A stretch of DNA of 64,000 nt from Sulfurimonadaceae bacterium (GTDB lineage Bacteria; Campylobacterota; Campylobacteria; Campylobacterales; Sulfurimonadaceae): assembly GCA_041571435.1 (NCBI GenBank), contig JBFFUI010000001.1, forward strand, positions 1 to 64,000, given 5' to 3'. Every line of letters begins with the position of its first letter. The stretch's first letter is position 1. Below the pieces are notes generated by a model. That model was not told the origin of the DNA. It did not search any database and worked only from the letters and a program-made list of their open reading frames with translations. Positions 9,801-18,069 of the stretch are shown piece by piece. The position numbers were made by a program, and so were the translations under genes.

Positions 9801-10571
9801 TTGAATATAATTGCAGGAGTGCCTACAGTGACCAAACATTTTCTTACCATTGTGATACAGATCTTCCTGATCGCTTCAACCGCAAGTTACGCCAAGAGTG
9901 GCGAGATGGAAGCGCATGCCTTTACTGCGGTCAAAGTCAGAGCACAGCAAGGCGATGCGAACAGCCAGTTTGCACTCGGAGGCATGTATTTTCAGGGGAT
10001 CGGCACGGAAAAAGACCCTAAAATGGCAGCCAATATGTACAGTAAAGCTGCTGAGCAGGGACATGTAAAAGCGATGTTTAACCTGGGTGAGATGTATGCC
10101 AACGGTATCGGCATAGAGAAGGACATGGATAAGGCAGTCTTCTACTTTTCCGAAGGCTCGAAACAAGGCGATCTCAAGTCGACAATGAACCTTGCCGCAA
10201 TCTTTTATAAAGGCAACGGGGTTGAAAAAGATCTTGAAAAGGCCTTTGACCTCTATAAAACAGCTGCCGATAAAGGCTATCCCAAAGCACAGCATAAGGT
10301 CGGTACCATGTATAAACGCGGCCTCGGCGTCTCCAAGGATATCCAGCAGGCGAAACTCTATCTGAAACTATCGGCGCTGCAGAGCTGTTCTGATGCACAA
10401 TACGATCTTGGCAAAATGTACTTTGAAGGCGACGGTGTTGCCAAAAACGACGAAGAGGCAAAACAGCTGCTGCAAGATGCCTACCTTAACGGAAGAGCCG
10501 AGGCAAAAGAGATTCTCGACAAGGAAAACTGGCATATCATAAAAGACCAATCGGTACTCCCTGAAGAGTAA
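9801..10571 (+). CDS. Sel1-like repeat protein, secreted
   Basis: Repeated AQFxLGxMYxxGxGxxKD units; start possibly GTG 9828. Confidence 0.9.
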   Translation: MNIIAGVPTVTKHFLTIVIQIFLIASTASYAKSGEMEAHAFTAVKVRAQQGDANSQFALGGMYFQGIGTEKDPKMAANMYSKAAEQGHVKAMFNLGEMYANGIGIEKDMDKAVFYFSEGSKQGDLKSTMNLAAIFYKGNGVEKDLEKAFDLYKTAADKGYPKAQHKVGTMYKRGLGVSKDIQQAKLYLKLSALQSCSDAQYDLGKMYFEGDGVAKNDEEAKQLLQDAYLNGRAEAKEILDKENWHIIKDQSVLPEE

Positions 10572-10637
10572 TAGACCCCTTTATGTATCTATTAAAAATA
10601 TGTCGATATGATATAAAGGATTTAAAGGAGTAGACTT

Positions 10638-11102
10638 ATGAAAAAGACATTGGTTCTTTTATCGCTTGCCTGTGCTGCTTTATCGGCAGCACCCATCGGT
10701 GCTGAAATCTTCAAACAGTGTGCCATCTGTCACGGAGATCAAGCCCAGAAGCATTCACTCGACGTCAGTGCTATCATCGCAGGCATGGATGCCAAAAAGA
10801 TCGTGGAAACGCTAAAAGGCTATCAGTCAGGCAAGCTTGATCAATACGGTTTCGGAAACATGATGCAGGGACAGGCAACAAAACTCTCAGAAGAGCAGAT
10901 GCATGCAGTCGCAACGTATGTCTCATCTTTGCCCCCTGTAAAAGAGGACGATGCCAAGAAAGCGGCCCCGCCAGAACCCACGATCACCAAAGAAGAGGTG
11001 AACTACAACAGCTTCATGAAAGCGTATTTCAAAGCAAACCCCAAAGCGACCTTCAAAGAGGCCAAACAGAAGTGGGACGACTCTCAGAAACAGGCAATAT
11101 AG
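10638..11102 (+). CDS. Monoheme cytochrome c553-like with C-terminal extension
   Basis: Signal peptide, CAICH, distal Met in GNMMQGQA. Confidence 0.9.
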   Translation: MKKTLVLLSLACAALSAAPIGAEIFKQCAICHGDQAQKHSLDVSAIIAGMDAKKIVETLKGYQSGKLDQYGFGNMMQGQATKLSEEQMHAVATYVSSLPPVKEDDAKKAAPPEPTITKEEVNYNSFMKAYFKANPKATFKEAKQKWDDSQKQAI

Positions 11103-11220
11103 CCTGATCCGTCTCATTCTAAACACCTTTTCGCCCATGCAGGTACCCTCTTGCCTGCTCAACCTTAATTAAAGTAAATGCAGGTATATTCTTAAAAAAT
11201 TTCAATAACCAAGGATTATA

Positions 11221-12072
11221 ATGAACAAAACATCTATCGCACTGGCGGCACTTTTACTGCTCCTCTCAGGATGCAGCGAGAAGCCGGAAGAGTCAGCAAA
11301 CACGGCCGAAGCCATCACGGAGAAAGCCGCACCGGCGCCAGCAAGCAAACCGGTCGACAACCTTTACGGAACATCGACGCAGCCACAGACGGCCGCAGCT
11401 CAAGAGAGCCAACCGCAGACCAACAATGTGCACGTGGCCAAGGTACTCGAAACCATGGATGCTTCCGGTTACACCTATGTCAAAGTCGATGAAGACGGCC
11501 AGGTCTACTGGATAGCAGGACCCGAGTCGAAAGTCACTGTAGGGAGCACCGTCTCGTATCTGGAGCAGATGATGATGCAGGACTTTACGAGCAAGACCCT
11601 GAACCGAACGTTTGAGATGCTGATGTTCACCAGCACTATCGTCCCGGAAGGAAAAGCTGATGCTGCCGCTGCTGCGGCATCTGCCGTTCCAGCGCAGCCG
11701 GCTGCACCGCACTACAGCGATACGCAAGCGGCGCAAAAAGAGCCGTCAGAAGCGATCAATGTCACCAAAGCGGAAGACGGTTACACGGTCGAAGAGCTCT
11801 ATGCCAAAAAAGCGGCACTCAAAGGACAGAAAGTCAAACTCAAGGCAAAGGTCATCAAGGTCTCTAAAAACATCATGGGCAAGGACTGGGTCCACCTCCA
11901 GGACGGGACAGGTGTCGCCGGCAGCAGTGATGACATTGTCGCGACCGGTCTGAATACAACGGTCAAGGCAGGTGACACCGTCACGGCGACGGCCACGCTC
12001 AACACCGATGTCGACCTTGGCTACGGCTACTTTTTTGCCGTCATCCTCGAAGAGAGCACCTTTACAAACTAG
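11221..12072 (+). CDS. NrfJ-like lipoprotein with OB-fold domains
   Basis: Lipobox LSGC; KVLETMDASGYTYVKV...FTSKTLNRTF; second domain IMGKDWVHLQDGTG...DLGYGYFF. Confidence 0.65.
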   Translation: MNKTSIALAALLLLLSGCSEKPEESANTAEAITEKAAPAPASKPVDNLYGTSTQPQTAAAQESQPQTNNVHVAKVLETMDASGYTYVKVDEDGQVYWIAGPESKVTVGSTVSYLEQMMMQDFTSKTLNRTFEMLMFTSTIVPEGKADAAAAAASAVPAQPAAPHYSDTQAAQKEPSEAINVTKAEDGYTVEELYAKKAALKGQKVKLKAKVIKVSKNIMGKDWVHLQDGTGVAGSSDDIVATGLNTTVKAGDTVTATATLNTDVDLGYGYFFAVILEESTFTN

Positions 12073-12252
12073 CCTTAGCCCCTCTTCGTCCCGTCGCGGT
12101 GTGTAGCACTGCGGCAAAACCTTTCCGAATCTTTAAATAAAAAAATATTATACTTTTTTATGTTTTTTTCATGTTTTTTTCATTTTAGCGCGATATACTA
12201 TAAGGTAATAGTGTATATAGAAAGAGTATGCACCGTTGAAGGAGTAATACAA

Positions 12253-13035
12253 ATGATAAAAAAGATAAACCTCTTGGCTGTCCTGCTTTTGGCATGCTCG
12301 CCATTAGTATATGGAGACATTACAGGCAGTCCGCATGACTTATCAGGGAAAACAACTGGTGCTGTAGGTTCTGATGACAATGGCGAACTGTGTGTCTATT
12401 GTCATACGCCTCACGCCGCAAATACCGCTTTTGACGGTGCACCGCTTTGGAACAAGACCGCAACAGCTGGACTTGATTATATGATGTATGGAGCTACGGC
12501 TGTTAACACGGCCGGTGCAACGATCGCCAACACCGCAACAGCAACGACACCGGCAAGCCCTTCACTGGCATGTCTGAGCTGTCATGACGGTATCAGCGCC
12601 ATCGATTCGATCGTCAATGCACCTGGCTCTGGAATGGGTGCTTTGGCAGCAGGTACGGCTGGACAGAATATCGTCGATGCACTCACAACTGCATACGGTG
12701 GTAATATCGGTGGGACTCCGGGTACTGCAACTGCCGGTACGACCGTTGACCTTTCAAACGACCACCCGGTCTCCATCCCTTATATGGGAACCGGTGCTAC
12801 AGACAGTCCAGCCAGCCTCAGAGCGACAACTTTTGATCTCACTACATACGGAGACGGTGTTGCATGGGTAGGCGCAACAACGATTGCCGATCTTCTTCGC
12901 AACGGCAACGTGGAGTGCGGCAGCTGTCACGATCCACACAATGGTGGTAAGGTACAGGGAACAGATACGGAAGTCAACTTCTTGCGACACTCCAATACAA
13001 ACAGTAACCTCTGTATTGGATGTCACGCGAAGTAG
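12253..13035 (+). CDS. Secreted tetraheme cytochrome c, OmcE-like
   Basis: ATG 12253 after GAAGGAG; signal peptide; HDLS, CVYCHTPH, PLWN, SLACLSCHDG, DLSNDHPV, ECGSCHDPH, FLR, LCIGCHAK-stop. Confidence 0.85.
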   Translation: MIKKINLLAVLLLACSPLVYGDITGSPHDLSGKTTGAVGSDDNGELCVYCHTPHAANTAFDGAPLWNKTATAGLDYMMYGATAVNTAGATIANTATATTPASPSLACLSCHDGISAIDSIVNAPGSGMGALAAGTAGQNIVDALTTAYGGNIGGTPGTATAGTTVDLSNDHPVSIPYMGTGATDSPASLRATTFDLTTYGDGVAWVGATTIADLLRNGNVECGSCHDPHNGGKVQGTDTEVNFLRHSNTNSNLCIGCHAK

Positions 13036-13079
13036 TCTTTATTTGGGTAAAAACCAGACACTTTACTTTCACTGCAAAC

Positions 13080-13102
13080 GGCAGGCGGGGCATGCCCCTG
13101 CC
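13080..13102 (+). terminator. GC-rich stem-loop downstream of the OmcE-like gene
   Basis: GGCAGGCGGGGCATGCCCCTGCC; core GGGGCATGCCCC palindrome; no strong U-tract. Confidence 0.45.
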
Positions 13103-13215
13103 TCTGCCTCTGCCTTCAATAAAGTTTTATTGATTATAATTAAAGTATTACCTTTGAACTGTTTTGTACAGTCTTAAGTTAATATTTAAAAAATGAAAAA
13201 TTTTAAAAGGGGTGT

Positions 13216-14307
13216 TTGGTGAGAACCGTTTTTCTTTTTACAGTAATGCTTTCCGTCTTTCTTTTTCAGGGATGTGCGACAAAACCTGAGGCTGTGCAAC
13301 AGCCCAAGATCGTCTTTCCATCTTATCCGGATGAACCGAAGATAGCGTATGTCGACACCTACCGGGGTGAGTCACAGAGTGAGAACGACGCCAGTGCCTT
13401 AGATCTCTTTCTGGGAGAAGACAAGGGTAGAAAGACAATCTCACCAGTCATCGTAAAACCCTACGGCGTCGGCCTGCAAGATGGCAAACTCTATGTCGCC
13501 GACACAGGTACCGACACGGTCTTCATTATCGATGAAAAGAGCAAAGAGGTCTCCTACATCGGCAACAATCCAGTCGGCAGGCTTGTCGCTCCCGTGGCCA
13601 TTGCTTTTGACAGTAACGGAACGGTCTATGTCAGCGATGCACGTCAGAAAAGGGTACAAGGCTACAACAAAGTAGATGGCAAGTTGAAGTTTGTGCTAGG
13701 AAGTCGGCTGGATTTTGTCCATCCCACCGGCATCGCGATCGATAAAAACTTAAACCGGCTCTATGTCGTCGACACCAAGGGGCACTGCTTTAAAGCATTT
13801 GACATTGCGACGAAAAAACTTCTTTTCACCATCGGCGAGCGGGGGAGAGGTGACGCACAGTTCAACTTCCCGACCAATGTCGCCGTCGACCAACGCAACG
13901 GTAATATCGTCATTGTCGATACACAGAACTTCCGTGTTCAGATCTTTGACAAGGAGGGCAAGTTTATACGCCGTTTTGGAAAGATCGGCGATAGACCCGG
14001 AATGTTCGCACGCCCCAAAGGTGTCGGCATCGATACGGAGGGACATATCTACGTCAGTGATGCCGCCTTTAACAATGTCCAGGTCTTTAATGAGACGGGA
14101 GAGCTGCTGCTCTACTTCGGCGCCGCCGGCTACACACCAGCGACGTTTCGTCTTATCGCAGGAATCTTTATCGATGAGACCGACAAGATAGCGATTGCTG
14201 ACGGCTTCAGCGGACGGGTACAGACCTTTCAGTACCTGAGCAAAAAGTGGAAAGCAGCGCACCCCGATGAATATAACGAGCTCAAAGAGTTCAAACCAGA
14301 AATTTGA
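13216..14307 (+). CDS. NHL-repeat six-bladed beta-propeller lipoprotein
   Basis: Lipobox FQGC; repeats PxGIAxD...YVxD...RVQxF. Confidence 0.9.
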   Translation: MVRTVFLFTVMLSVFLFQGCATKPEAVQQPKIVFPSYPDEPKIAYVDTYRGESQSENDASALDLFLGEDKGRKTISPVIVKPYGVGLQDGKLYVADTGTDTVFIIDEKSKEVSYIGNNPVGRLVAPVAIAFDSNGTVYVSDARQKRVQGYNKVDGKLKFVLGSRLDFVHPTGIAIDKNLNRLYVVDTKGHCFKAFDIATKKLLFTIGERGRGDAQFNFPTNVAVDQRNGNIVIVDTQNFRVQIFDKEGKFIRRFGKIGDRPGMFARPKGVGIDTEGHIYVSDAAFNNVQVFNETGELLLYFGAAGYTPATFRLIAGIFIDETDKIAIADGFSGRVQTFQYLSKKWKAAHPDEYNELKEFKPEI

Positions 14308-14321
14308 GATGAAGGAATAAT

Positions 14322-15254
14322 GTGAAAATACTCTTTTTCATGCTCTTGCTAAACTGTTTTGTTGCAGCTGGAGAAGTCCTGCTGCCCGAAGCAACCGTTG
14401 CCGTCGTTAACGGCATCGCCATCTCAGAAGATGAGCGGGACAAAGAGGTCGGTAAACTGATGCCCAAGGCCTATTTTCATTCTACGTTGAATGACGAAAA
14501 GCTTAAAGTCCTGCAAGAGAAGGCAACTGCATCCCTTATAGAGAAAACACTTTTGTATCACTATGCGCTCTCCCAGGATCTGCGTGTCACTGATACTGAG
14601 ATCGCAAAGGTAATTGCGAGACTGCAAGCGGCATATGGCTCCAAAGTGGAACTGGATCGGGCCATACAACGTCTGGGGTTTACACCCGAAGCGTTCAAGA
14701 CCGCAATCAAGAAAGACGAGGTCCTTAAGAAGCTGTACAAAAAAGAGATCGAAGCAAGCTATAGTGATGAAGAGCTCAAAACGTATTACGAGAAGAACCG
14801 GTACAAATTCAAAGAGCCCGAGAAGATCAGGGTGCGTCTTATCTATGTCAGAAACGACCCTAAAGATCCTGACGGAAAACAAAAAGCAAAGCTTAAGATC
14901 GAAGAGGCCTACAAGAAGCTGCAAGAGGGTGCCCTCTTCGCCGACGTTGCTGCAGCCCATTCCAATGCGATGAGTCGTATCAATGGTGGGGACATGGGTT
15001 ATCTTCACAAGGGACGGCTTGATGAAGCGGTCGAGGAGATAGCATTTGCCATGAAGGCGGGCGAGATGAGCAAGGTAATCGAAAAAGATGTCGGGTATTA
15101 TATCGTCAAGGTCGAAGATAAAAAAGTGTCAAATCAGTTGTCCTTCGACATCGTCAAAGAAAGCCTCAGAAAAGAGTTGAAACAGCGAACAGAAGACGAA
15201 CGAAAAAGTACGCTGCTTGCCAAATTAAAAGCAACCGCCGTGATCATAAAGTAG
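14322..15254 (+). CDS. PpiC/SurA-type peptidyl-prolyl isomerase chaperone
   Basis: VAVVNG..I, FADVAAAHS...GGDMGY...AFAMKAGEMS...GYYIVKV. Confidence 0.9.
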   Translation: MKILFFMLLLNCFVAAGEVLLPEATVAVVNGIAISEDERDKEVGKLMPKAYFHSTLNDEKLKVLQEKATASLIEKTLLYHYALSQDLRVTDTEIAKVIARLQAAYGSKVELDRAIQRLGFTPEAFKTAIKKDEVLKKLYKKEIEASYSDEELKTYYEKNRYKFKEPEKIRVRLIYVRNDPKDPDGKQKAKLKIEEAYKKLQEGALFADVAAAHSNAMSRINGGDMGYLHKGRLDEAVEEIAFAMKAGEMSKVIEKDVGYYIVKVEDKKVSNQLSFDIVKESLRKELKQRTEDERKSTLLAKLKATAVIIK

Positions 15255-15263
15255 TAAAAAACG

Positions 15264-17051
15264 ATGAAACATACGCTTCTTGTCCTTTTGTCGCTCTGGT
15301 ATGCAGGCTCTTACTTGCTGCATGCCGCCGACTATCCGGACAGAGGCTTCTATGGCAGCTTGAATTTTTACTATATCGATGACAAATACGAAACAGGGCA
15401 ATTCTATAACGCACAGCAGGACTTTGTACAGGAATATAAGCTCGGTTACATCGGTAACATCTACAGTCCCCGTCTGCTCGACTACACCCTAGAGGGGCTT
15501 TTTCGAATCGAAGACATCAAAACGCAGAACACGGGCAGCGAAGGCAAGACAAATATCAAGAGCCAAGACTACAAGATCAACATGAACTTCATCAAAGAGA
15601 CCAACTACCCTTTTACTGTCTACGCACAAAAGACCGACCGACCGGTCTCTACCATCTACAGCACATCAAGCACACGATATGAGCAGGAGCTAGAGCGCTA
15701 CGGTCTTCAAGGGGCATTGAAGTTCGATCTCTTTACCGTTGCGTACGGGGCCACCAGACAAAAGAGTCTCTATGACCGTCTCTTTACCTACCAGGAGATA
15801 GAGAGCGACCTCTACAAGGCATCCATACGTCGCAGCAAACAAGCCTACAGTTACCAGTTGGGCTACAGCCACCTAGAGCGCAATGTCAACACCACGACAC
15901 TTACAGACAGCAACATCTCGACCAACGAAGTCGATGATACCGTGGACTTCACCTATCGATGGAAGATCTCGGATACACTGACCTTCAACTCTGATGCCCG
16001 CTATACCGACAGCGAATACTACAAATACAAGACGACGATAGCCAACCTTTACCTGCGATGGCGGCCCAAGAAACAGTACAACGGTAGCATTGCCGTAAGC
16101 GGCAGCCATACCGACCACTTTAGCGATACGAATGACACCAGGATCTATTCTGAGACCGTCGACACCTTGGATGTCTCTCAGATGTTCAGCTACATGCCGA
16201 CATCAGACCTGACCTTCACCGAGAACATCGGCTTCCATACCTATAAGACAAGCGTTGTCGAAGGCGACAATGCCAATCTTAGGCTTGGTGCCCACTACAA
16301 CAAGCAGCTCACCCAAGACACCAGAGTGCGCATGTCGGGAAGCTTTGATACGCTTACAAACGAGACCCGTAGGAAGCCGACGCTTACCAATGATCTCAAT
16401 GGGACGACGAGACGAAATAGCTATACCCTCGATGCCCGTGCCACAGTGACCGAAAAGTTGCCTTCACTAAGGTCAACACTGGATGTCGGCGGGAACTACT
16501 ACATGGTGCGGACCTCACTGGATGAGAAGCGCGACCGCTACAGCGCCAACCTCGCGTTTGCCTCGCAACTGACAAGCGGATTGCGCAACAGGTTTGATGC
16601 AAGCTATCTCAATGAACAGGGGCGCGCTATCTTTCTGCGAAACAATGTTGATGAGTTTGTCTACCGCTCTGTCATCCGGACCGACATCAGCGAATACCTT
16701 GACTATACGACCCGTCTTGGCGTTAAAGGACGGGTAACAGGAAAACTGGGACTGCGCTATTCGGATATTGAGAACGATGGGCTTCACATAGAACGGATCG
16801 TACCACGGGCGGACCTGACCGTAAACTACCGCTTTTTTCAGCGGCTGATCGTTGCAGCCGGTGCCCATGCTGACAGGGATTTGAGCTATAATTATATGAA
16901 TTACTCCGGCAATGCAAGCATCAACTACAGTATACGTAAAACCACGTTTAGGATGGGCTATCAGTATTATAAAACAGAAAGAACTGATGACCTGTTCTTC
17001 CCCGATTATGAACGCACGCGGTTTGAGATAAAATTAACACGGACATTTTAA
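15264..17051 (+). CDS. Outer-membrane beta-barrel protein
   Basis: Signal peptide; Tyr/Thr/Ser-rich alternating strands; C-terminal beta-signal RFEIKLTRTF. Confidence 0.75.
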   Translation: MKHTLLVLLSLWYAGSYLLHAADYPDRGFYGSLNFYYIDDKYETGQFYNAQQDFVQEYKLGYIGNIYSPRLLDYTLEGLFRIEDIKTQNTGSEGKTNIKSQDYKINMNFIKETNYPFTVYAQKTDRPVSTIYSTSSTRYEQELERYGLQGALKFDLFTVAYGATRQKSLYDRLFTYQEIESDLYKASIRRSKQAYSYQLGYSHLERNVNTTTLTDSNISTNEVDDTVDFTYRWKISDTLTFNSDARYTDSEYYKYKTTIANLYLRWRPKKQYNGSIAVSGSHTDHFSDTNDTRIYSETVDTLDVSQMFSYMPTSDLTFTENIGFHTYKTSVVEGDNANLRLGAHYNKQLTQDTRVRMSGSFDTLTNETRRKPTLTNDLNGTTRRNSYTLDARATVTEKLPSLRSTLDVGGNYYMVRTSLDEKRDRYSANLAFASQLTSGLRNRFDASYLNEQGRAIFLRNNVDEFVYRSVIRTDISEYLDYTTRLGVKGRVTGKLGLRYSDIENDGLHIERIVPRADLTVNYRFFQRLIVAAGAHADRDLSYNYMNYSGNASINYSIRKTTFRMGYQYYKTERTDDLFFPDYERTRFEIKLTRTF

Positions 17052-17056
17052 GGAAT

Positions 17057-18067
17057 ATGATGAAGATTTTTTTGTGGATAGGCCTCGTTCTGATGACAAC
17101 AGAAAGTCTGCAGGCTAAAGCAGCCGAAAGACTAGTCTGGCCTGCGGCACCGGACCCGGCCAGGATCGAATATCTCTCAGCCGTGACAACGGCCAAAGAC
17201 ATAGGGATAAAAAAAGGTTTTTTTTCGAAGATCAGCGATTTTCTTTTTGGGGATGAAGAGAAGGGACTGAACGCACCCTTTGGAATCCACGCCGATGCAC
17301 AAAAGGTCTATGTCACCGATATCGGCGCCAAGACAGTGACGGTTTTTGACAAAAAAGAGGAGGAAGTCATCACAATAGAAGGGCCGAAGGAGAAGCGCTT
17401 TCTCTACCCTGTCGATGTTGTTTCGGACAGCAAAGGCAATATCTATGTTTCCGATTCGGTGCTGGCTAAAGTCTATGTCTTTGACAGTGACGGGGACTTC
17501 ATTCGCACTATCGCACCCAAAATGCTGCAAAGACCCGTCGGTATCGCTATCAGTGCGGATGGCAAACGGCTTTACATAGTCGATGCACTCGCCAGTCAGA
17601 TCCATATGACGACATTAGAGGGCAAATATGTCCGTTCCATCGGGCGTAAAGGCAGTGGTCAAGGGGAGTTTAACCGGCCGACCTATATCGATGTCGGCAT
17701 CGATGGCAAGATCTATCTCTCCGACTCGATGAACCACTGTATTCAAGTACTCGACAGTGAAGGCAACTTTATCCGTACCTTCGGCCATCTGAGCAAGAAC
17801 ATCGGTGGCTTTGGAAGTCCGCGCGGTATTGCCATCGACAGCGACGGCAATATCTATGTCAGCGACACGCTTTTCAACGTGATCCAGATCTTCAACCCTG
17901 ATGGGCAGCTGCTGATGCTCTTTGGGCAGTACGGCAGTGAACGCGGTGCCTTTGCACTTCCTGTCGATATCTCGATTTTGCCGGATAACACCATCTTTGT
18001 CAGTGACACCAACAACCGACGTTTTCAGCTCTTTAAGCGGCTGGATCCACCAAAAGCGAGGAGATAG
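17057..18067 (+). CDS. NHL-repeat beta-propeller protein (second paralog)
   Basis: VWPAAPDPARIEY N-terminus parallels VFPSYPDEPKIAY of 13216; NHL repeats. Confidence 0.9.
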   Translation: MMKIFLWIGLVLMTTESLQAKAAERLVWPAAPDPARIEYLSAVTTAKDIGIKKGFFSKISDFLFGDEEKGLNAPFGIHADAQKVYVTDIGAKTVTVFDKKEEEVITIEGPKEKRFLYPVDVVSDSKGNIYVSDSVLAKVYVFDSDGDFIRTIAPKMLQRPVGIAISADGKRLYIVDALASQIHMTTLEGKYVRSIGRKGSGQGEFNRPTYIDVGIDGKIYLSDSMNHCIQVLDSEGNFIRTFGHLSKNIGGFGSPRGIAIDSDGNIYVSDTLFNVIQIFNPDGQLLMLFGQYGSERGAFALPVDISILPDNTIFVSDTNNRRFQLFKRLDPPKARR

Positions 18068-18069
18068 CA

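Noticed and set aside
12160-12252. Longer N-terminus of the OmcE-like ORF as given by the ORF track
   Set aside because: T-rich promoter-like DNA; the RBS and signal peptide point to ATG 12253
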